A stretch of DNA of 64,000 bases from Gemmatimonadota bacterium. Lineage in GTDB: Bacteria > Gemmatimonadota > Gemmatimonadetes > Palauibacterales > Palauibacteraceae. The notes under the pieces were generated by a model. That model was given only the letters and a program-made list of their open reading frames with translations, was not told where the DNA came from and did not search any database. Made by a program: the position numbers and the translations under genes. Shown here piece after piece: positions 20,168-29,306 of the stretch (the stretch's first letter is position 1; each line of letters opens with the position of its first letter). The DNA lies in contig OZ220691.1 of NCBI GenBank assembly GCA_965116475.1, positions 2,240,001 through 2,304,000 of the forward strand. Direction: 5' to 3'.

Positions 20168-20920
20168 ATGCCGCGGGACACAAAGCTACGGTGGAGAGCG
20201 GTTTTGGGGCAGGACCAGATCCAAAGGGTCGGCGACGCGGCCGGCGACGCGCCCGGAAACGCTGCCGGCCACGCGGCCGGAGCGGAGGGGCGGACGCACC
20301 TCGGGCCTGCGGTCTGGATCTGCGGCGGGCTGATGATCGCGATCGGCATCGCGACGTCGATCCTCCTCCTGCGCGATTTCCGGTCAGACAGCTACCTGTA
20401 CCTCGCCTTCTACTCCATCCCCGCCAACACGGCGATCTCCGTCTTCCCGCACGAGCCCGTCCTCATCTACTTCGGGAAGGTCGCGGACCTGTGGCTCGCC
20501 GCGGCGTGGGCCACGCTCGGTACGGCCATCGCGGGGGTCATGGACCACCTCGTCTTCGTCCCCCTCCTCAACCTGCAGAACATCCGGGCATACAAGCGCA
20601 AGAGGTTCTACCGGAAGGCGATCTCCTGGTTCATGAGGTGGCCCTTCGCCACCATCGTGGTGACCGGCTTCCTGCCCATCCCCTTCTTCCCCTTCAAGTT
20701 CCTCGCGTTCTCGATCCAGTATCCCATGTGGAAGTGGGTCGCGGCGCTGGTGGTCGCCCGTTTTCCCCGTTATTACCTTCTCGCTCTCCTCGGAGCCACG
20801 ATTCCGATCCCGAACTGGGTGCTGATCGCATGCGTGGCCGTGGTCTTCGCGATGTACCTCGTGAAGGCCATCCCCGAGGGGGTCAAGCGATGGAAGGCAA
20901 GACGCCTCCAGCAGGGTTGA
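20168..20920 (+). CDS. VTT/DedA-like membrane protein
   Basis: Hydrophobic segments; PHEP, FLPIPFFPFK, ARFPRY. Confidence 0.7.
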   Translation: MPRDTKLRWRAVLGQDQIQRVGDAAGDAPGNAAGHAAGAEGRTHLGPAVWICGGLMIAIGIATSILLLRDFRSDSYLYLAFYSIPANTAISVFPHEPVLIYFGKVADLWLAAAWATLGTAIAGVMDHLVFVPLLNLQNIRAYKRKRFYRKAISWFMRWPFATIVVTGFLPIPFFPFKFLAFSIQYPMWKWVAALVVARFPRYYLLALLGATIPIPNWVLIACVAVVFAMYLVKAIPEGVKRWKARRLQQG

Positions 20921-20924
20921 ACGG

Positions 20925-21929
20925 ATGCCGAACATCTCCGGAGCCATGGCCGCACGCATGCTCGCGCGGGGCATCCGGAACCGGATTCAGAACAAGCCGC
21001 TCTCCGTCTCGTTCGAGATCACGCACGCCTGTACGGCGAACTGCTGGCACTGCAACTGGGGCGGGCCGATCAAGGAGGAGCGCCTCGGGGCCGCGGAGTA
21101 CGCGGCGATCTGCCGGGAGCTGCGGCCCGTCGTGTCCCACGCTTCCGGCGGGGAACCGCTCGCGCGCGGAGACGTGTACGACATCGTCGACGCGATGACG
21201 AACAAGGGCGGGCTGCCCTGGATGATCGTGGTCACGAACGCGTCGAACCTCACCCCGGAGCGCTTCTTCCGTCTCAAGGACAGCGGGATGCACCAGCTGT
21301 CCACCTCGCTCGACTTTCCCGATGAACGGCACGACGAGTTCCGCCGCATCCCCGGCCTGTTCGACCGCATGGCGCGCGTGGTGCCCGAGATCCGCCGCCA
21401 GAGCGCGGACACGGACGACATCCTGCTCAACGTGTGCATCACCGCCTGGAACTACCGGGACATCGGAGACATGGTGCGCGTGGCGAAGGACTGGGGCGTG
21501 CCGATCAACTTCTCCGTCTACACGCACCTGCGGGTGCAGGACCGCGACGGGCTCGTCGAGGGGAACGGGCTGGACGGCCTGGCGGAGAGTCTGCAGGAGG
21601 TCATCGACCTTCGGAACGCCGGATATCCGGTCTACACGACGCCGCGCGTGCTGTGGAAATTCCACCGGTTTCTGACGGAAGGGGGGATCCCCGGGTGCCA
21701 GGCGGGACGCCGCTTCCTCGTCATCAACCCGGACGGAAGGCTCACGCCGTGCGCGATGGTGATGGCGTACTTCGACCGGCAGGAGGACATGCTGGAGAAG
21801 TTCACGAAGCAGAACGCGTGCGAGCAGTGCTACATCTCGACGCGCGCGAACACCGAGAAGAGCGTCAGGGAGTTCGTGCAGGACAACACGGACGCCTTCC
21901 TCAAGCTGCTCACGCCCTGGCGCACCTGA
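20925..21929 (+). CDS. Radical SAM protein with SPASM/twitch-like C-terminus
   Basis: CTANCWHC, SGGEPL, GCQAG..INPDG.LTPC, CEQC. Confidence 0.85.
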   Translation: MPNISGAMAARMLARGIRNRIQNKPLSVSFEITHACTANCWHCNWGGPIKEERLGAAEYAAICRELRPVVSHASGGEPLARGDVYDIVDAMTNKGGLPWMIVVTNASNLTPERFFRLKDSGMHQLSTSLDFPDERHDEFRRIPGLFDRMARVVPEIRRQSADTDDILLNVCITAWNYRDIGDMVRVAKDWGVPINFSVYTHLRVQDRDGLVEGNGLDGLAESLQEVIDLRNAGYPVYTTPRVLWKFHRFLTEGGIPGCQAGRRFLVINPDGRLTPCAMVMAYFDRQEDMLEKFTKQNACEQCYISTRANTEKSVREFVQDNTDAFLKLLTPWRT

Positions 21930-22002
21930 CTCGCCGGAAGATCCGCCGAGGGGCCCCGAACCGACCGTCCGCACCGACTCCCCGCACCGGAAGCCCGCAG
22001 CT

Positions 22003-22032
22003 TTGACATGGGACGGGGCTTCCGCGTAACAT
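22003..22032 (+). promoter_or_regulatory. Sigma70-type promoter of the tRNA-Val/tRNA-Gly pair
   Basis: TTGACA (22003) - 18 bp - TAACAT (22027). Confidence 0.7.
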
Positions 22033-22044
22033 CGCGAGCAGTCC

Positions 22045-22118
22045 GGGGCGGTAGCTCAGCTGGCCAGAGCGCTGCGTTCACATCGCAGAAGTCGGGGGTT
22101 CAAGTCCCTCCCGCCCCA
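22045..22118 (+). tRNA. tRNA-Val(CAC)
   Basis: Acceptor GGGGCGG/CCGCCCC, anticodon arm CTGCG-TTCACAT-CGCAG, GTTCAA T-loop; no CCA. Confidence 0.95.
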
Positions 22119-22150
22119 TTGCAGCGCACGATTGCAGCACACGGCAGCGC

Positions 22151-22223
<73 letters not shown>

Positions 22224-22263
22224 TTCTTATTGACCGGCGTGAGCTCCCTGCCAGGCGTCCCTG

Positions 22264-23058
22264 TCAGGCGCCGTCCCCCTCGGCCCGGGCCACGGAGAAG
22301 GTTCCCGTGATCATTGCCGGCATTCCCTCCGGACCACCCTCGAAGGTGCCGCCGACCTCGCCCTCCGCCATCGTCCCCTCGAAGACGAGCTGTCCCGCTC
22401 CCCCCTGATCGTCGATGCTCACGGTGAAGCCGAAGGCGTCTCCGTCGACCGAGATGTCTGACATTTCATAGGTGCGGCCCTCTCCCTGCCCCTGCGCCTC
22501 GCCGGTCCAACTTCCCGTGTAGGTGCCATCTTTCGCCGTCTCGATCGTCCACGTCATGGAGATCGTGGGACCCGGCATGTTCGTGGACTCCGCCGTGCCC
22601 TCCCACGTCCCGACGAGCCAGGACTCCTGCGCCTGCACGCCGGAGAACGTTCCCGTGACCGCGGCCGGCACTCCTTCCGGACGAAGCTCGAAAGTACCGC
22701 TGACCTCACCCTCCGCCATCGTCCCCTCGAAGACGAATGCCCCCGTCTGCCGCCGCTCCCCGAGACGCACGGTAAAGCCGAAGGTGTCTCCGTCGACGGA
22801 GATGCCGGACATTTCACGGGTATAGCTCTGGCGCTCCCCCTCGCCCGTCCAGCTTCCCCTAAGGGTTCCATCCTCCTCCGCTTCGACCGTCCAGATCATC
22901 GAGATGGTGAGGTCCTGCATGCCGGGGGTCTCCGCGGTGGCCTCCCACGTCCCGACGAGCCAGGACTCCTGCGCCTGCACGCCGCCGTAGGGGACGGCCA
23001 TCGCCGCGACCGCCACGAACCCCGCCCATCCGACCCGGAACCGTCCGATCCTCGTCAT
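22264..23058 (-). CDS. Secreted hypothetical protein with two tandem ~110-aa beta-rich repeats
   Basis: ATG 23058 with signal peptide; AQESWLVGTWE, ISVDGD.FGFTV and VFEGTMAEGEV each occur twice. Confidence 0.7.
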   Translation of the reverse strand: MTRIGRFRVGWAGFVAVAAMAVPYGGVQAQESWLVGTWEATAETPGMQDLTISMIWTVEAEEDGTLRGSWTGEGERQSYTREMSGISVDGDTFGFTVRLGERRQTGAFVFEGTMAEGEVSGTFELRPEGVPAAVTGTFSGVQAQESWLVGTWEGTAESTNMPGPTISMTWTIETAKDGTYTGSWTGEAQGQGEGRTYEMSDISVDGDAFGFTVSIDDQGGAGQLVFEGTMAEGEVGGTFEGGPEGMPAMITGTFSVARAEGDGA

Positions 23059-23259
23059 CGCTTCTCTCCCTTCGCGCCGCCCGCCCGCAACGCCGCCGCC
23101 GATCTGAGCCCATTCTTCAGTTTCTTCAATTCGAAGCTCGAAGGTGCCGGTCACCGCAGCCCCGGACAACCTGTCCCCGAGTTGTAGTTTCTACGGAAGA
23201 GGCGCGCCCCAGGCGTCCCGTGCAGGAGGCAGGCACGCGTCGAGGTCAGGAGGCAGGCA

Positions 23260-24534
23260 ATGCGAGATTCGATGAGAGATTCAGGGTTCGCGGTACTCGC
23301 GGTGGCGTTCGTCGCGTGCGGAACCGGCGCGGAGGTCGCCCGGGGTCCGGAAGTGGTGACCGATACGATCGGCGACACGGTCGTCGTTCGCACCCTGTCG
23401 GGGAGCGTGTGGGGCACGGACGCGACGCTCGTTCCGAAGCTGTCGATCGGCGAGGTAGAGGGCCCCGACGAATATCTCTTCGGCCGCATCGGGTCCATCG
23501 CGGTTGATGACGACGGCAACATCTACGTGTTCGACCAGCAGGCCCGGGAAGTCCGCGTATTCGACGCCGCGGGCGGCCACCTGAGGACCCTGGGGGGACC
23601 CGGACAGGGTCCCGGCGAGTTGCAGCAACCCGAGGCCATGGCCCTGCTTTCCGACGGGCGGGTCGTCGTGCGCGATCCGGGCAACGCGCGCCTGCAGGTC
23701 TACGGCCCCGACGAGGAGTCGCTGGAGGAATGGTCCTACGTCGTGGCCCTTCACTCGAACCGTCCGCTGTGGACGGACGATCGGGGGAGGACGTACGTGG
23801 CGGCCCGCGACCTCTCCGATCCGACCGGTTTCGGCCGCGACCTGCTGGCCCTCTTCGGCCCGGATGGCACGCCCCGCGACACGGTCGCACCGCCCCACGG
23901 CGACTTCGAGACCGAGACCGTCACGGGAGTGAGTGAGGGCGGCGCCATGGTGACCTATGCGGTCCCGTTCGCGCCGCGGGCGATCTGGGTGGTCCACCCC
24001 AGTGGACACTTCGCCAGCGGAATTTCGTCAGACTATGCGATCGACCTGGAGCTTCCGGATGGAGTCCTCCGAATCGAGCGGAATCATGAGCCCGCTCGCG
24101 TCTTCCCCCGCGAGGCGGATCAGGCCCGCGCCCGGACCGAGCGCGGCATCGGGAGGACCGTCCCCGGCTGGACGTGGAACGGCCCCTCCATCCCCGACAC
24201 GAAGCCGCCCTTCACCGGGTTCTACCCCGGGCGGGACGGCCGGATATGGGTGAGTGTCTCGACCGAGGCGCGGGAGGTCGAGAACGAGGACCACGACCCG
24301 GACAGCCCGTTCTCGACGCCCTCCGTGTGGCGGTCTCCGCTCCGGTTCGACGTGTTCGAAGGCGACGGGACGTACTTGGGAGCCGTGCATCCGCCCGAGG
24401 ACTTCTCCCCCAACCCCCTCCCGGTGTTCGACGGCGACGACGTGTGGGCCGTCAGCCACGACGACCTCGGCATCCAACGCGTCGTCCGCTATCGAATCAC
24501 CCCCGACCCCGGCACCCGAGACACCGACAGGTAG
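23260..24534 (+). CDS. 6-bladed beta-propeller (NHL-like) lipoprotein
   Basis: Lipobox FVAC, EYLFGRI, GGPGQGPGEL, GRDGRIWV, FDVF..DGTYLG, DDLGIQRVVRY. Confidence 0.8.
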   Translation: MRDSMRDSGFAVLAVAFVACGTGAEVARGPEVVTDTIGDTVVVRTLSGSVWGTDATLVPKLSIGEVEGPDEYLFGRIGSIAVDDDGNIYVFDQQAREVRVFDAAGGHLRTLGGPGQGPGELQQPEAMALLSDGRVVVRDPGNARLQVYGPDEESLEEWSYVVALHSNRPLWTDDRGRTYVAARDLSDPTGFGRDLLALFGPDGTPRDTVAPPHGDFETETVTGVSEGGAMVTYAVPFAPRAIWVVHPSGHFASGISSDYAIDLELPDGVLRIERNHEPARVFPREADQARARTERGIGRTVPGWTWNGPSIPDTKPPFTGFYPGRDGRIWVSVSTEAREVENEDHDPDSPFSTPSVWRSPLRFDVFEGDGTYLGAVHPPEDFSPNPLPVFDGDDVWAVSHDDLGIQRVVRYRITPDPGTRDTDR

Positions 24535-24610
24535 CCTGCCGATCATCGCCGCGGGGCGCCCCGCCAACTTGATCGGCCCCCGTCCCCGGGCCAGTTTCCG
24601 GCCCACACCC

Positions 24611-24694
24611 GGAGGGGTGGCAGAGCGGCTGAATGCACCGGTCTTGAAAACCGGCGGGCGCAAGCCCACGTGGGTTCGAATCCCACCCCCTCCG
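24611..24694 (+). tRNA. tRNA-Ser(TGA)
   Basis: GGAGGGG/CCCCTCC, anticodon arm CCGGT-CTTGAAA-ACCGG, long variable arm GGGCGCAAGCCC; no CCA. Confidence 0.95.
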
Positions 24695-24783
24695 CTTGAG
24701 AGTAGGGCGTACGCCCTCGCGAGTTCGAACCGAGCGAACCAGGATCCACCCGATCTGCTATCGACGCTAGCAAATCGTCACTT

Positions 24784-24959
24784 ATGTCAAGAGATCTCAC
24801 GAGCATCATCCGTTCGCACTTCGGGCCATCGAACGGCGTGGACCTGGAGTTGCCGCCGCGGGAGTCGGGGCGCGAGCCGCCTTCCTTCGAGTGAGGGCGC
24901 GGGCCATGGCCATTGAGGGCATGGGCATCGAGATCGTGGATCCCTGGGCCGCGACTTGA
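24784..24959 (+). pseudogene. Degraded FitA-like antitoxin / PIN toxin remnant
   Basis: 24784-24894 MSRDLTSIIRSHFGPSNGVDLELPPRESGREPPSFE* and 24906-24959 MAIEGMGIEIVDPWAAT* resemble the C-termini of FitA and FitB/VapC. Confidence 0.6.
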
Positions 24960-25115
24960 GCGCCACGACCGAAGCCCCCCCATGTCAGGTCTTCGGAGCC
25001 GCCGTATTATCTCCCCCCCAAACGCGGGGTGAGGGGCGGAACGAGGTCGATCTCACGATTCCATGACGGGAGCCTTCCGCCCTGAGACGAGACGAGAGGC
25101 GGGAGGAGCATCCGC

Positions 25116-26381
25116 TTGATCCACACCGGTGCAACGAGGCGGGTCGTCATCACGGGCGTCGGGATGGTCACGCCCATCGGTCTCGATGTGGATTCCACGT
25201 GGGATGCGCTCCTCCGGGGCGTGAGCGGCGCGGGCCCGATCACGCAGTTCGACGCCTCTGGCCAGGCCGTCCGCTTCGCCTGTGAGGTGGAGGGCTTCGA
25301 CCCCCTGCAGTACCTGGACAAGAAGGGGGCGCGCCGCGCCGACCGCTTCCTGCAGTTCGCCATTGGCGCGGCGGCGCAGGCCATGGAACAAGCCGGGTTC
25401 GGCGACGGGCTCGCCCACCTGCCGCCGGATCGGACCGGGGTTGTCGTCGGCGTTGCCGTCGGCGGGCTCCCGCTGCTGGAGGCACAGCACAGGAAGCTCC
25501 TGTCCAGGGGACCACGGGCCGTTTCTCCCCTCCTCATTCCGATGTTCATCCCGGACATGACGGTCGGACTGCTGTCCATCGTGTACGGGGCGCGCGGCCC
25601 GAACTACGCGACCGTGTCGGCCTGCGCCTCGAGCGGTCACTCGCTCGGCCTCGCCTTCCGCTCGATTCGGAGAGGCGAGACGGACGTGATGATCGCCGGG
25701 GGCACGGAGTCCGCCATCACGCCGCTCGCGGTCGCCGGCTTCGCGTCGATGGGATCGATGTCGACGCGCAACGACGATCCCGAGAGGGCCTGCCGTCCCT
25801 TCGACGCCGGCCGAGACGGTTTCGTGATCGGGGAGGGCTCGGGGATGCTGATTCTCGAAGAGCTGGAGCACGCGAAGGCGCGTGGCGCGGGCATCCTGGG
25901 GGAGATCGTGGGGTTCGGGCAGAGCGCGGACGCCTATCACATGACGGCTCCCGCTCCGGACGGCGTCGGCGCCCGGTTGGCCATGCGGCAGGCGCTCGAC
26001 GACGCGGGCCTGGCGCCCGAGGACATCGGCTACATCAATGCGAACGGGACGGCGACGCCGGTCGGGGACGCCGCCGAGACGAAGGCGATCAAGGAAGTGC
26101 TGGGCGATCACGCGCGATCCACGGTGGTGGGCGCGACGAAGTCGATGACGGGTCACCCGCTCGGAGCCGCCGGCGCGATCGAGGCCGTGATCTCCACGCT
26201 GGTCTGCAGACACGGAGTGATCCCTCCCACGATCAACTTCGAGCAGGCGGATCCCGAGTGCGATCTCGACTACGCGCACGCCGGCCGCGTCGAGCGCCCG
26301 GTCCCGGTCGCCCTGTCGAACTCGTTCGCCTTCGGCGGACACAACGCCTGCCTGGCCATCCGCCGCTGGGATGACAACTGA
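25116..26381 (+). CDS. fabF: Beta-ketoacyl-ACP synthase II (FabF-like), atypical active site
   Basis: RRVVITG, TVSACASS, RPFD..RDGFV.GEG, DAYHMT, KSMTGH, SNSFAFGGHNA; INANGT in place of INAHGT. Confidence 0.85.
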   Translation: MIHTGATRRVVITGVGMVTPIGLDVDSTWDALLRGVSGAGPITQFDASGQAVRFACEVEGFDPLQYLDKKGARRADRFLQFAIGAAAQAMEQAGFGDGLAHLPPDRTGVVVGVAVGGLPLLEAQHRKLLSRGPRAVSPLLIPMFIPDMTVGLLSIVYGARGPNYATVSACASSGHSLGLAFRSIRRGETDVMIAGGTESAITPLAVAGFASMGSMSTRNDDPERACRPFDAGRDGFVIGEGSGMLILEELEHAKARGAGILGEIVGFGQSADAYHMTAPAPDGVGARLAMRQALDDAGLAPEDIGYINANGTATPVGDAAETKAIKEVLGDHARSTVVGATKSMTGHPLGAAGAIEAVISTLVCRHGVIPPTINFEQADPECDLDYAHAGRVERPVPVALSNSFAFGGHNACLAIRRWDDN

Positions 26382-26392
26382 CGGAGAGTCCG

Positions 26393-26629
26393 ATGAAGAC
26401 CACGCTTGACCTGAACGATGAGATCCTGAGGAGAGCCGAGACGCGGGCGGCCCGCGACGACATTTCGCTTACGCAGTTCGTGGAGGAGGCGCTACGTACG
26501 AAGCTCATGGACGACAGCCGGCGGGATCCGGCCTTCAAGCTCGATCTGAAGACCGTCAAGGGACACGCGCCGCCCGCCGTCGATCTCTCCGACCGCGAGG
26601 CGCTGTACGACGTTCTGGGTGGTGTGTAG
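26393..26629 (+). CDS. Orphan VapB-like RHH antitoxin
   Basis: MKTTLDLNDEILRRA...SLTQFVEEALR...VDLSDREALYDVL; no toxin follows. Confidence 0.7.
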   Translation: MKTTLDLNDEILRRAETRAARDDISLTQFVEEALRTKLMDDSRRDPAFKLDLKTVKGHAPPAVDLSDREALYDVLGGV

Positions 26630-26659
26630 TCGTCGCCTGCACCCGAACGGCGGGTGCGG

Positions 26660-27037
26660 TTACTCGGTGCCGAAGATGCGGGTGTGGAGTTGGACGTTGT
26701 GGTCGGCGATGAGCTTTGGGACTTCGATGGCGTTCACGACGAGCCAGGCGAAGGTGCCGACGCCCCAGGCGATGCCGATGGCGTAGAAGGTCCACGCACG
26801 TCGCACGAAGTCGTCGAAGCCGCCCGACACATCTGCCATTTCGGCTGACGCGAAACCGACGAAGAGCCAGAGCATGGCGCCGGCCATGACGACGGAGAAC
26901 AGGAGTTGGGCCAGCGCCTGTCCGCGCCGTCCGAGATAGAAGTTGTGGGCGCCCACCACGCCGAACACCACGAGGAGGATGTACGCCACGAGCGGCGTCT
27001 GCTGCTTCGCTTCGTATTCTGCCATCCGACGATCCAT
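26660..27037 (-). CDS. TM2-domain membrane protein
   Basis: VAYILLVVFGVVGAHNFYLGR; AGGA/GAGG RBS. Confidence 0.8.
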   Translation of the reverse strand: MDRRMAEYEAKQQTPLVAYILLVVFGVVGAHNFYLGRRGQALAQLLFSVVMAGAMLWLFVGFASAEMADVSGGFDDFVRRAWTFYAIGIAWGVGTFAWLVVNAIEVPKLIADHNVQLHTRIFGTE

Positions 27038-27222
27038 CTTCGGTCCTCCGTTCCTGTAGGGATATCGGCAATGTCGCGGTGTCGGCCGGGTCCGGCGACA
27101 TCGGCGCGCCGCCGGGGCGGCAACGCCTTGCGGCTCGTGCGGCCCCCGCGCGACAATGCGCCTCGCGCCGGCCAGCGGTCCCGCGCGGATCACACTTCCG
27201 TAACACGCGAAGAGGCTTGGGT

Positions 27223-28047
27223 ATGCGCCACTCGAAATCGTCCGCCAGCGTCGCCATTCTCGGCGCGGGGAATATCGGGCGCGCCATCGCCGAGGGGCTC
27301 GTGGCCGCGGGCTCGCACGCTCCGGCCGAGGTCCACGTCACGCGCCGCCACACGGAGCGGGTCGCGGATCTCGCGGGACGGGGGTTCCCGGTGTCGTCCG
27401 ACAATCCGGGCGCCGTGGCGGCCTGCGACACGGTCATCGTCGCGGTCCAGCCGCAGGCCCTCGACGCGGTGCTGATGGAGGTGGCTCCGCACGTGGAGGC
27501 CGGGCGCCACCTCCTCGTGTCCGTCGTCTCGGGGGCGTCGATCGCGGCGATTCGCCGGCACGTGGGCCCCGATGTGGCGGTCGTGCGCGCCATGCCCAAC
27601 ACGGCGGTCGCGCTGCGCGAGTCGATGACGTGTCTCGCGGCGGAACCCGCGCACGCCGGGGCCCTCGACCGGGTGGCCGCGCTGTTCCGGGCCGTCGGGG
27701 CCACGCTCGTCGTGGAGGAGGAGCACATGGTGCCCGCCACGGCCCTCTGCGCCTGCGGCGTGGCGTTCTTCCTGCGGGCGGTGCGCGCCGCCTGCCAGGG
27801 CGGCATCGAGATCGGCTTCCACCCCGACGAGGCGCTCCGCATGGCGGCCCAGACCGCGCTCGGCGCCGCTGCCCTCGTGCGGGACCAGGGCCGACACCCC
27901 GAGCGCGAGATCGACAGCGTGACGACGCCGCGCGGCTGCACCATCGCCGGCCTCAACGAGATGGAGCACCGCGGTTTCTCCTCGGCCTTCATCAAGGGGA
28001 TCACCACCTCCGCGGTGAAGGCGGAATCGCTCTATGCCGACGACTGA
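27223..28047 (+). CDS. proC: Pyrroline-5-carboxylate reductase
   Basis: ILGAGNIG, VRAMPNT, VTTPRGCTIAGL. Confidence 0.92.
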   Translation: MRHSKSSASVAILGAGNIGRAIAEGLVAAGSHAPAEVHVTRRHTERVADLAGRGFPVSSDNPGAVAACDTVIVAVQPQALDAVLMEVAPHVEAGRHLLVSVVSGASIAAIRRHVGPDVAVVRAMPNTAVALRESMTCLAAEPAHAGALDRVAALFRAVGATLVVEEEHMVPATALCACGVAFFLRAVRAACQGGIEIGFHPDEALRMAAQTALGAAALVRDQGRHPEREIDSVTTPRGCTIAGLNEMEHRGFSSAFIKGITTSAVKAESLYADD

Positions 28048-28074
28048 ACTGCCGGCGACTGACCGGGGCCGGCC

Positions 28075-29277
28075 GTGACCGCGCAGACGCTCTACATCGT
28101 CGCCGTCCTGTGCCTCGTCATCGCCGGGACGGAGTGGCTCGTGCGCCGGAGCTTCCTGCGGCACGGTGGCACCGCGTTGATGGTCATCATCTTCACCGCG
28201 CTGATCGCGAACTTCGGCCTGCTCCCGACGAGTTCGACCGATGCGGACCCCGTCCCGGCCTACGACGCGATTTTCCGCACGGTCGCCCCGCTCGCGATCG
28301 TGTGGCTCCTGCTGAAGGTCAACCTGCGCGACATCCTCCGCGCCGGACTGCCGATCATCACGCTCTTCCTCATCGGGTCGCTGGGGACTGTGGCCGGCGT
28401 GATCGTAGGCATGGCGCTCGTGGACGGGCCGGAGCGGATCGGTCCGCTGTTCGGGCCGCTGGGGGGAATGTTCACGGGCACCTACACGGGCGGCAGCGTG
28501 AACTTCAACGCGGTCGCGCTCAGATACGACGTCATGCGTGAGGGCGTGCTGTTCGGCGGCGCGTCGGCCGTGGATTCGATCATGACGACGGTGTGGATGG
28601 CGGCGACGATCGCCATTCCCCGCTGGCTGCGACCGTACTGGCCGAAGTCCGTCCGGAGTTGGGTCGGGCCGGCCGACGCGGCGCCGGGTGCCGCCGACCG
28701 GGCCCCGGACCTCGGCGTCGACGAGGACACCGAGCGCGTGCATCCGGTCGATCTCTCCCTCGTCCTCGCGATCGGGTTCGGGACGCTGTGGGTCTCGCAG
28801 CGGCTGGAGGCCTGGACGGCGGCCATGGGGTTCCCGATCCCCGACATCCTCATCCTCACGGTCATCGCCCTCATCCTCGCCCAGTTCCGGGCCATCACGG
28901 ATCTCGCCGGGAGCCGCACGCTGGGCCTGTTCTCCGTCTACCTCTTCCTGTGCGTGATCGGGGCCCACTGCGACGTGCGGGCGCTCGCCGACATCGGACC
29001 GCTCGGCTTGGCGCTCCTCGTCTTCACCTTCACGATCGTCGTCGTGCACGGGGCCATCACCTTCGGCGCGGCCCGACTCCTCCGGCTCGACGTGGACATC
29101 GCGGCCGTGGCCTCGCAGGCCAACGTGGGCGGCGGCACCTCCGCGCTCGCGCTGGCGCGCAGCCTCGGGCGCGGCGATCTCGTGCTCCCGGCCGTCCTGA
29201 TCGGGTCGCTCGGCAACGCCGTAGGCACCTTCCTCGGTCTGACGGTCGCTCGCCTGCTCCCGACGCTGCTCGGATGA
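28075..29277 (+). CDS. DUF819-family membrane protein
   Basis: GTYTGGSVNF and ASQANVGG..SA motifs; many TM helices. Confidence 0.8.
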   Translation: MTAQTLYIVAVLCLVIAGTEWLVRRSFLRHGGTALMVIIFTALIANFGLLPTSSTDADPVPAYDAIFRTVAPLAIVWLLLKVNLRDILRAGLPIITLFLIGSLGTVAGVIVGMALVDGPERIGPLFGPLGGMFTGTYTGGSVNFNAVALRYDVMREGVLFGGASAVDSIMTTVWMAATIAIPRWLRPYWPKSVRSWVGPADAAPGAADRAPDLGVDEDTERVHPVDLSLVLAIGFGTLWVSQRLEAWTAAMGFPIPDILILTVIALILAQFRAITDLAGSRTLGLFSVYLFLCVIGAHCDVRALADIGPLGLALLVFTFTIVVVHGAITFGAARLLRLDVDIAAVASQANVGGGTSALALARSLGRGDLVLPAVLIGSLGNAVGTFLGLTVARLLPTLLG

Positions 29278-29306
29278 AACGGATCCACGAACGGAGGGCC
29301 CGCCCC

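Noticed and set aside
23184..23200. GTAGTTTCTACGGA resembling the half-sites at 46331-46368
   Set aside because: The match is too short to distinguish from chance.
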